Of a stretch of 64,000 bases of DNA, positions 53,364 to 64,000 are shown in pieces. The notes under the pieces were generated by a model. The model ran no database searches and was not told where the DNA came from. It was given only the letters and a program-made list of their open reading frames with translations. Each line of letters opens with the position of its first letter. The stretch's first letter is position 1. Origin of the DNA: Lytechinus pictus (lineage: Eukaryota); contig NC_087245.1 in the NCBI RefSeq assembly GCF_037042905.1, positions 15,812,001 to 15,876,000 of the forward strand, read 5' to 3'. The translations under genes were made by a program, and so were the position numbers.

Positions 53364-53387
53364 TGTGTCGGGTAATATTAAACTGCA
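53298..53387. repeat. Perfect 24-bp inverted repeat around a (CA)/(TA)n spacer
   Basis: TGCAGTTTAATATTACCCGACACA (53298-53321) / TGTGTCGGGTAATATTAAACTGCA (53364-53387). Confidence 0.9.
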
Positions 53388-53524
53388 CCAAACAGCGCCA
53401 AGTTTGAAGCAGCTACATCAGTGGTATGCCATAGGTTGATTGATAACGACTACTTTAATGATGATATTATTTCATAGAATTTTTTTTTGTTAATTACCCC
53501 TACGATGAGACTCTGATACATGGG

Positions 53525-53675
53525 CATTCTCCACTCCCTGGTGATATCTCAGCATTCATGTAGTGCTAAGCCAGCCTCAATGGCGTTTGCATCCTATCCC
53601 TTCAACTTGTAAACATTCAAAACCTGGGTAGAGAGTGACTAAAGCAGATCGAGTAACTCGGCAAAGGACGCGAAT
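53525..53675 (-). mobile_element. Degraded SINE core related to 62010-62300
   Basis: Shares tccactccctg.. and acc(t)gg(g)tagagagtgac..ggcaaaggac blocks with the 62 kb SINE. Confidence 0.5.
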
Positions 53676-54508
53676 GCTAATATCAAACTAGATTCTCCAT
53701 AACTATTGTTTGTTTTTAATTTGGAGAAGTATAAGTAACCAAACCCTAAGAAAATAGTGTGTTCAGCAGCATCTTCTTGATATGAATATATGATAACACA
53801 GACAATTTCGGTCAAGCTACGTTGTCACAGCAACGACACAGACATTTGGTAATTTCCTGCAGCAAGCATAGTGTGTATACTATAGTTTTGAATGTGAGAT
53901 ATTATCACCAGCAATCATCACTTTACATATATTTAAACGAAATATATTTTATTTGAACGAGAACGATATTAAATATGGCAATCTTACTAGAAGGCACGAA
54001 ACGGTTCGAATGCTGATTAAAATGAATCTTCACCCATATAGAATTCATAATAATTCCATTTAACAATAAGCACACATTCGTTATAATTTCCTTTCCCTCG
54101 TCCATTCCTCCTCGATAACGTTTTAGAACTTCAGTTTACTTTTTCGAGACGTGACATGTGATGGCAATGAAATTGACATTTACTCTGCCCTCGTTTCTGT
54201 ATCCTGTAATTTGAGAATTCCTTAAAACAGGGGGCTAAGCTAGAAAGTCTTCTTAGCAATTTCATTACTTCGTTTTCAAATTCTGTTAAGAATTCATACT
54301 ACGTATATGGCTGAAAGAATGTGTTGAATATGAATTAAGAGTTTATTAAGAGTTTGTATTATTGGCCCCTTTACATCACAATGCATAGTATCAAGCAATC
54401 TAACAAAATGATCATTTACAATATCATATGGATGATAAAATCATGAAATATAATCAGTTAGGTAAATAAACAAAAATGAGAATAGTTTACATAGTTTTGA
54501 GCAGCATT

Positions 54509-54692
54509 CACTGTAAAAACGCAGCTGTTTAAAATATTATAAGCACGTAAGCCCGTCACTCTAACAACTACTGTTTAAACGTTTTAAACAACTTTTTTAA
54601 AAATATTTAAACACGTTGTTTAAAAAGTTAAAACAATTACAAAAAAGTTTAAACAACTTGTTAGAGTGATAGGCTTAAACAACGTGCTATTT
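54509..54692. mobile_element. CACTA-like MITE remnant with internal inverted repeats
   Basis: Starts CACTGTAAAAA; aagcccgtcactctaacaa...gtttaaac mirrored by gtttaaacaacttgttagagtgataggctt. Confidence 0.45.
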
Positions 54693-57600
54693 TGTTATTG
54701 TGTACTTCGGATATTAAGGTAAGACAATCCTAATCACTTAAAAAACAGACTGTTTTGTTAACCCCCCCCCTCCCCTCCATTTGTTTCTCAAATGCACCTT
54801 AATTTTTTAAACTGAAAATAAGTTCATGTATTTATCAAGCAAAATGCTGAAAGGGCCGTGGTTCTATTTGCAGGTTTCAAATACCATAGATCCCCTTCTC
54901 ATTTTGAATTACAGTATAGTTTATAAACTGGAATAAGGCAAATGAGTCTTCTTTTGTAATCCTAATGGACACGCTGAATATCAAGATTATAACAGAAATC
55001 TGGTTTAGATTAGTTTCTACTGGATATGATTTCCCAGTATTCAGTATGCAGTAAGGTGAAGAAGATGCATCACAACACTTTGTGAAGACGGGGTATTGAT
55101 TTCAGATGGAAAGAAAGAGACATTGATTCAAATAAAATGGGGAAAAAATAGATGGCAGTGTGGACGAAGGAGAGGGGTGATTATAGTTGTAAAAAAAGCG
55201 CAAGAGACAGAGATAGAGATAGATAGACAGAGGGGGAGAGAACGAAAGAGAGGGGTGGAGGAAGTAATTATTACACCGGTCATCGAACAGCATTCTTAAA
55301 AAGTATTTCTTTTCCAGATCGAAGTCTTATAATTACCATATTCTCGCTAGGGTTAATTGATTTCAGGCAGTGCGTGACAACACACTGCACTAATTTCTGT
55401 CCATCACGGTAATATTCCAGAACGGTTTCCTTAGACCTAACATGTCCAAATCATTAAGATTTTTTTCGCTAATTGCTCCTGATGAGTTTGCTTTCTTCAA
55501 ACAGAAATGGCGTAACATGTCAACGTGTAGGCTATAAACCCATGCATGTTTGCATAACGATGCGTATGAGGGCGAAGATATGCACATCGGTGGTGGACAA
55601 ATCAGGGTTTGTTTCATAAAGCTGTTCATTAGTAACGCACGACCTTGCGGACGCATCATTCGATATTCTCAGTGTCAATGTAAATTTTTAGTGTGAAATA
55701 CATTTTTTCTTGCTACGAGTTAAAATGAACTACTCTAAAGAAAAATAAATTGTATATTTATAACAATAATAACAAAAATGTCTTACATTTAGCAACTCAT
55801 ATACCAGTCACTTGTAATGTCATGTTTAGCCGAACGAACAGATATATGGAACACCCCTATATCTATTTCGTTTAGCGTTGTTTTAGAGAAAGGTACGGTG
55901 TTGGGACTGAAGGATTATTAACGTAATATCATACCTCAACCCCCCGTTCTCTTGGTGCAAATATTGACAAGGCTTAACCTACATTTTCCTAAGCGACTTT
56001 TGCAACAGCCGGTGAGAGTAACTACATCAGCATTGGGTGTAGACTAATTTATATAAATATCGAATATCAATTCCAGTCTTTTTTGTTGAAGTTTAAAGGG
56101 GACGATGATAGCTTGATTGCGTTGTGGTCTTGAGATTTTGGGTAGTATTATGAAACGTTCATGTTTGGTTCCGGTGAATATTAACCCAATTACCTGCGAG
56201 ACAGAATTGATTATATTTGTGATATGTTCTTATAATGTTAACGATCCCTCCCTTTAAAATAAAGTAGTATTTAGATATGAGAGTGATGAGACTTATCTTG
56301 CGTAGTTGGTATATTTAAACCAGCCAGCCGGTTTGTTCAATCATGAACTAACTTATGCTAATGTAATTCTCTTTAAAAATATTTTTTTACGCTGAAATCG
56401 ATTTCGACATCATTGCGGTATATCATATCAACTGCAACATTATGAATGAAACAATCAAGAAAAAACAAAAAATTAATGTCCAACGTAAATGTTAGGCTCG
56501 AAAGTAGGCACATTGTTTTATTCGTATTACGAGGTTAGATGTAACTCACATATATTACTTTCCGTATGCCATGAGCATCTATCCACAAAACACTCATCGG
56601 CCTGGTTCAACAAACTCCTTGATTATCAATCTTTATCATTAATCTCCAAAAAGTCTGTATTCGAGATAAGGTTTACAACTATAAGCGCATCGTAGTAGCT
56701 AATTAATCCAGTCCAACCTTCTACAAAACTCGTCGTCCGTCATGACATTCACGCATTTTCGATTTCCACTCAAGAGGGGTATCAAAGGAAAAGAAGGGAA
56801 AGATATTGGACCGGCATGGTTTGCGCCCACCATTACAATTGGAATTTCAATTTCTAAGCTTTCAGTAATTTTCCGAATAGATCATTACAGAAAGCATCAG
56901 CAATTACTTCGCCCTGCAGCGTTATCTCCGGCGATGAAATAAAAGAGACAAACAAAGAAATCGTCATTTTTTGAAGACATAATCAGACATTTTGCTGTAC
57001 GTTCCTCGGGCGAATGACGGCTCCCCGTCGCAATTGATTCATTGGTAGCCAAGGGGGGCATATATATGCAACATCGTTAGTTTGGGAAATACTAGGATTT
57101 ATATCACCCAGTTGTACATTAAATGTATATTTCATATTTTATTTTAAGTGGTTCGAAACCGTAATGAGATATGCAAACGTCGTCCTAATGATGAATCCAT
57201 GAATTTATCAGTTTTGTATCAATTTGTGTTTGAGTTCCAATGACAATATTTTTGACACGCTTCAGTACGTAATCAATGCAAACTACTTGTCGCAAGTGAT
57301 TTAAAGCTGAGGTCGTTTTCGTAAAACATACATTTGTTATATATTTTATTTCGGCTGTTATAAATCTCTCTGGGTTTTCTGTTGTCATTAATGAAAATGA
57401 AATTAAAGACAGTGGAGAGAAGAGGGATAAAGGCGAGAGAAGAAAAAAACAATTTCGTATAAGTATTATTGTCTGATGAGATGCGGGTGAGAAAAAAAAA
57501 GGAGAAAAGGGAAACAAAAGAGGGCAGAGAAGATAAGAGGTTAGGGAAGAAATGCAACACACACCTACACCCACACGCACACATCCACGAATAATAGTAT

Positions 57601-59944
57601 AGGGTGATAATGAAGCCCATGTTTGTCAGATGGGATGCTGGAATTATTATTTTTATTACACAATATTGGGTTAAAAGGGGACACACATGCATAATCCCTT
57701 TTAATTAAATTATGGTTAAACGTTTTAGAGTGCTTAGCATTTATTCGTTAACCAATAAAGGTAACATTAAATCATCGAAATAAAATTGCGTACATTGCTT
57801 TTGGTTGAGTTATAATCATCACCAAACAAACCTAAAACAAACTCAGTTCCAGGAATGGCGTGGATAGTTTTTTATGAGAATTCGAAAATCCGGTAACACA
57901 ATTCCACAAAACTGTTACTCGCTTTCAAAGCATCACAATAAAAATAAATTTCACTGTGGACAAAAATATTGTAAATTCACACCAGTGAAATATGTTTTAT
58001 TTTAGATTATCTTTAAACAAAACAAAAAAACCCGAAAAATATACAAAGTAATCATAACACACTAATATGTTTAAAAGAAAAGGGTTTCTAGCGAAAATAA
58101 CTCAATGATTATAACAGACCCTAGGACGTATGCGCAAATCAATCTATCCTTGCTTTAAAAATTCAATCGCATATTGCGTAGGTGTAATACTACGTATGCA
58201 TCTGGAATGCTAGGAAATCAAAGAAAAGAAGCCCTGATATGAAAAGAAGAGGATATGATGACATTCTAGGAATAATTTTCACGGTTGGTAATAATTACAC
58301 ACCAACGAGTTCTCGAATTTTACACAATTGCAGCTTAGGTATCTAAACCCCAAGGAAATCTGACCAGATTATTTTCAACGCCGATGTTAAAATAAGGCAA
58401 CGATGTATAAAATGATCACAAGCCGAAAATTATTATCAAAATCTTATCTTTTATTACATTATTTTTTACCTTACATCTTTAAGTCATAGTTTGGTATTTA
58501 TGAATAAAAAAAAACGTTGATTTCGAATTGACAACAAATTAAAGATTAAAAAGGTTAAACAGCATTTATCTTATCGGAATGGTTTTACTTTTTGCAAAAA
58601 ACAAAAGATATATAAAAATAATACAATAAACTGTAAGTGTTTCGTTATCTTTTTAATTCCCTTCCCTCTACCTTCCCCTCTCTCTTCCACTCTGTCCCCC
58701 TCTCTCTTCCTCTCTGTCATTTCCTTATCGAAGATTTCACCTACCATCCAAATTGATTGCACATTACCAAGATCTTAATGGTTTGCATGCTTTGGGGCTC
58801 ATGCTAACGCATATTATAAAAACAAACAGCATTTGCTTTTAACCATGAAAACTACTATCGTGATTCGAGCTCCATTCAAATGCGATTTAAGTGGTGAATT
58901 TGATCTCCAAACAAGTTCGATCATGTGGACCCGTATCCAACCTTTCATATACGCCTTAAACATCCGCCTGCAATGTTTAAATGAGATTACGCTCGTGTGA
59001 ATGCCCCCATATCACCCCAAGGTCTCTTAAACATTAATGTAAATCGCTCGTTTTAGGGTTGGGAGAGGGTGTCATATAGTTCACTCTGTTATTTATCAAA
59101 CACAATTATGATTAATGGGCAGTACGTGGACACTGACAAGAAAAAGAGACTTGATGACGTAAACGATACTGTTTTTTGTATAGAAAATCCGCCATTGGCA
59201 TCGGTTCTCAGACAGTGCCTTGAATTTGACATACAACTTGTTAATCAGGAAACCCATATCAATCAAAACCAAAAACATTGCCAATTCTGTTGATATGCCG
59301 CAGGTGTTTATTAAAGAAATGACAATCAAGTAAAAAAAAAATTGGGGGAATAAGGGAATCAAATCATGTAATCATTTTTTTTCATACAAACACTCGTTAT
59401 GATATGTGTTATGCAATTTAATGATATAGGTCTCATTCATGACTTGTCCTATTTTCTTGGAATAAAGGTAAACGTGATAGATAGGACATTAAGTCGGACG
59501 AGCCTAAAAATGTGCTCCTCTGAACTGCTTGCAAATCTTAAATCTAACATAATTCGGTTTTAACACACACACACACAATATTTCACTGACCGATCCGAGA
59601 TTTCAAAACGGGGGATTGCCTTTTTGTTTCCATTTTGTTTGGCATTTTTGTTTGATAATTACTCCTTGCCCAACCCCCAAAAAATCTTTGAACCCCCCCC
59701 CCCAAAAAAAAGGGGGGGGGCAAGTTCAAAGAAGGTAAAACACATGCACAAGTGGAATATTTCAAAATTTCATTTAAAATCTCTTCTATAGATGGAACAA
59801 TAATGACAAAAGTAACCCATACATTTTCTTTATCACTGCTCTACTTAATAAGGAAACACATGCATCGTAAATATTTCCACAATGTTAATTCGACCTATTC
59901 TGGCTAAGAACGCAAACCAAATTATTATTGTATCATAATGTAAT

Positions 59945-60290
59945 CTTACGAACGCCGTAAGAGACGTCTATGAACAATGTAAGGGATTATTACGACTGTC
60001 TGAAGAATTTAAGGCTTTAAGAATTGTCTCTCGGCTCTACAAAATATTGCATGGTTCTTATGATGGTCTTAGGATGTTTATACGACCGCGTGAGGAAGAG
60101 AGAGTTTTGTACGACGTTAAGAAAAAAAATCATGTCAAGACCATCGAACAAGCTGCGAACTTATACTAATGGTCTACGAACGGTCAGCAAACGCTGGTTT
60201 CGCACGGCCTTCTTCAGAAGAACTTACGATATGGTCGAAAAACGTTTGTACGTCGTACGCAGCAGTACTTAATTGTGTTTGTGACCGAGC
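59945..60290 (-). mobile_element. Diverged interspersed repeat, inverted homolog of 48038-48390
   Basis: Ends ...tttgtgaccgagc; collinear similarity blocks with the 48 kb copy. Confidence 0.6.
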
Positions 60291-60924
60291 CAATTAATCG
60301 CCAAAACTTACTTGCGCCAGCGTGTATCCCTCAAAAAAAAGAAGAAAAAAAAAACGCACACAGAAAAATGCATATCACGCAGTCTTCGATTGCGCTCATA
60401 AAACATGTTCAAGGGTGCAGCCAATAGCAAGTCCGTATGCCAATCACGTGTTGATGTTATCATTTTCGTCAACTCTCCCGCCTAGCATTTTTAGGTGTAG
60501 CACTGTATCTTGAATGCATCACTTTGCATAAAACTCAAACGATCTTTTGTAAAGAGAAAGCTATGGCAAGGATCTAGTTGCGTTCACTCAAACGCGCATC
60601 GAACTTTCAACGCTTTTGACGTCACAATAGAAAACAGGTCTGGCTTCTTCGAATGTTCGATCCGATCTTGAAGATTTTTATTAAATTTTCTTTTATGAAT
60701 TTATGCTGCCGATCAGTTTTAAATGGAAGTTTTTGAGAGACTGCGGAATTTTACACTCCAACTGACATGATAAAAGGATATAAAAAGCAATAGACAGCAC
60801 GGGCTTCTTGATCACACCCACAAATCTGATTCTACACCTATCAGAGGTATATGTTATTTTGGATTGGCGAGACTGCAACTGTAGCCTGCACGCGAAATTA
60901 GCGCGACACACTAAGTAATAATAG

Positions 60925-61058
60925 AGATGATGATGATAATAATGATAATGATACTAATAGTAATAACAAAAATAATAATGAAAATAAAAATAATAAAAAT
61001 AATGATAATAATAATAATAACAACAACAACAATAATAATGATAATAATTAGTTATGAT
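60925..61058. repeat. (TAA)n/(TGA)n/(CAA)n compound microsatellite
   Basis: Visible trinucleotide runs. Confidence 0.85.
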
Positions 61059-62009
61059 GACATCTTTATTTGCAATTGAGCTTGATGTATGATTTGTCTT
61101 ATTTATCTCCGTATTTTCAGTCACATATTCACACTCTCGGTCTGTTTTATAAAGCAAATAATGCACATTAAGTTCGTGAGGCAAGTTGAGATTCAGACCT
61201 TTCTTATATTTGCAATGCTGTATACATTATCACTCCACAAACTTCGTGCAACTAGTGTAAATACCCTCGGGTGCATTTGATCGCCACGAACATAACTAAT
61301 ATTCTCTCATTTGTTCACCATCATTATTATTGGTCATTCATCAGAGCTAATAAGGATTATTCTATAACACCCCTTTTAATCTGTCATTTCAAATTCATTT
61401 TATAAGAAAAATGAAGACAATATTACTATTTTGGATAAAAAGTGTGAGACAATAGTACATTCAGGTATGATGAAAATCATTTCGAAAATGCTGGACACAT
61501 AGTTAATACCAGCATATGATATTATCTGAAAAAAGCCTCAGCTGACCATTTCAAATATCGAGTAAGTTGGTTGGTTGTACACAATCCCTTACAAAGGCCC
61601 TATTCGTTCCCTCGCCCTTTATCGAATTTCTGGGTTAATGCAAATTCCATCTATTAGTATTCACTGCGTCTGATTTATCTAATGTCATTTTATAATTCGC
61701 CTGATCCTATCCCAATTTGGTTTAATTCCTACTTGGTTTTAGCTCAGTAATATCCCAATGCAGTTTTACATGAAGGTTCGGGGATATGGCGGCTTCAAGC
61801 TCTCTTACCCTGGGATACATTATAAGACAACATTTACGAAGAAGACAAGAACAGAATCAAGATAATCAATGCACATGAAAAATTTGGCAAAGTAATGATT
61901 AGACAACATAATTTATAGGTAGTAAATTGATTGTAAGCAAGGGTAAATGAGACCCTGGATTTGTTTTACGTAGGCATGCAATGATGTGATTTTGAGAGTT
62001 AGTACAACT

Positions 62010-62300
62010 TTTTCAAAGATACATACTCTGTGGCTGACGATAAAACATTAACCCTGGATAACAGATTCTGGCTTGCACGCGCACAATGTTATGTACGTTT
62101 TCCACTCCCTGTGGAGCATTACAGAGCTTCTTTCCTCTAATGATATAGGCATACACTACATCGGGTTCCCAGTATAACCGGATAGAGAATGACAAAACGT
62201 GAAATCATGCCTTGCCAAGAGACACAGCAGTGCTATAGTGGGATTCGATCACATGACCCCCTGGCTACAAGTTGAGATCCATGACCACTACATCACGACG
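62010..62300 (-). mobile_element. tRNA-derived SINE (sea urchin SINE2/SURF1-like)
   Basis: Minus strand begins with A-box-like tgatgtagtgg and B-box-like gatcgaatccc, then cttggcaaggcat and a gctccacagggagtgga core. Confidence 0.7.
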
Positions 62301-64000
62301 AACGCTTGTAGTTTAATTAAAAAAAATGAAATTTCCTTTATAAGAATGCAAATGCAAGGAAAATGTGAATTTCAAAATGTTTTCTTTCATGATCTATATA
62401 ATGTTTTACTTGAATCCCAGTATTTGGAAAATAATAAGCTCAGGTTCATTTGAATAATTTATCTATAATGCTGTTAAAGTTACTATTCGACAAAAATCTC
62501 CCTTTATACACAATTTAAAACCATTTGAATAAAAATAAGCTCTAACTTATTCAGGACGTAAAGTTAGCTAGTAAATGGACAATAATTGAAAGAGGGAGGC
62601 AAGGTTTTGATTTACATCCCAAAATAACAACAACACTGTCATATTTTGTTATAATATTTTATTTACGTCACGCTTGTAACATCGCCCCTGAAAATAATCG
62701 ACTACAATACTATTAAGATGTCCAATAAATGCGAACCTTCCAATCGGGTCTGTTTGACGCCGAGCATCTCGAAGCCGTTTCAGCCGACCGACCCGGGCAG
62801 AAAATGACACAAACACCCTCAAGCCAGTAAACTAATCGAGCTCGGGTTCATGACAGTTAATTCTTTTAAAGGGAGTTAACTGCTAGAAGACGCTATCGAG
62901 TTGCAATACACAATCATAATTATGTTGGAAAATTGTTTAGAAATGCGCAATCCTCCGAATATGTTATATAAAGAAATCTCATTTCGTTTCAACTGATATA
63001 TTATTTTTACCTGCTTTCACCTTTCTGACATGCTTCGGATTAATATTAGCGTGTCTACATGATTATGTTATCCGTGATTAGCTGACACTTGTGATTTTTT
63101 CTAAAATAATTTTGCACAAACCTAATTAAATTTCAGAAGATGGAACGAAGTGTATTTACACAGCACCGCTTGAATGACTCACAAAAGAATATAACTCAGA
63201 AGAATATTTTTTGAACAAAAAGGAAACGAAAATACGGAATGGGGTTGGGAAGAAACCTCTTTGAAAAAAATAATACAAATAGGATAGATATTATAAAGGA
63301 TAATTAGCATCTTACATAACGTACATGTATGTATTATTCTTAGAATTTAGCTCTTATAACTCAAGTTATGAAAAATAGGGAATGGAATAAAATAGACAAT
63401 TCAGGGAACGTAGAAAGCCAATAAATCAGAGACATGGACATACTGTATCCAACAGGAAAAAAGTTGAACACAACGAAATCAAGAATGAACGAATGAATGA
63501 TTATGTAGTATACAAGCATGCCATGAATTATAAATTCATTATTACATTCCGAAAATGTGGCCACTGCTAGGGCACTTCCTCTTATTTAAAAAAAAATAAA
63601 TGTTTATTTGCGGTATGGAGGTTGTGTACTATTAAGTATTAATCGACATAGCATGAAAATAATATTCACAAGAATCTTTTTATAAATGATATGACGAATT
63701 TCAGTCTAAAAACCCTCCTTATATTTCTCATATTGTTGACAATATACGTTGAACCATGTAGAGTCAAATAAACTGATGTGTCACGTCCTAATTAAGAGAA
63801 ATATCATCACCGTCACCCCAATTAAATCAATAATTTGAGAATATTAAAAAAAACTTATACTTGAAGTTCCATTAAAACCTTATAAAAGAAAATTGAAAAT
63901 TTCCAACCAAGAAAATTACTCATATAATGTATAATTCAAATCCTAAACAGAATCAATCCGGACGCTGGTTTCGACAAGTTAATCAGCAGAAAATTATATT

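Noticed and set aside
59686..59731. C-run/A-run/G-run hairpin resembling a terminator
   Set aside because: Homopolymer-based stem in eukaryotic intergenic DNA with no associated gene
62230..62300. tRNA gene
   Set aside because: A/B boxes are degenerate, there is no cloverleaf, and it continues into a SINE body

Overview
AT-rich, intron-containing animal genomic DNA, most likely sea urchin (inferred from the receptor sequence and repeat types). The only supportable protein-coding gene is a minus-strand rhodopsin-class GPCR of the neuropeptide S / CCAP / NG-peptide receptor family, probably the NGFFFamide receptor. I reconstructed it by hand as 9 coding exons (17615 to 9275; 1317 nt, 438 aa), all with GT-AG introns and consistent phases. 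The rest is non-coding and rich in repeats: a ~7 kb array of a 49-bp palindrome-rich satellite with higher-order structure (~33.3-40.35 kb); many non-autonomous DNA transposons (Tc1/mariner-, piggyBac-, Kolobok-, CACTA- and Harbinger-like MITEs, two Helentron/DINE-1-like elements, two elements with 6-bp target-site duplications); tRNA-derived SINEs; two mutually complementary (TAC)n/(GTA)n tracts; and some degenerate hammerhead-like motifs. I found no CRISPR, transposase ORF or prokaryotic system. I cannot claim a new biological system; the best leads are structural features of the repeats and atypical receptor residues.
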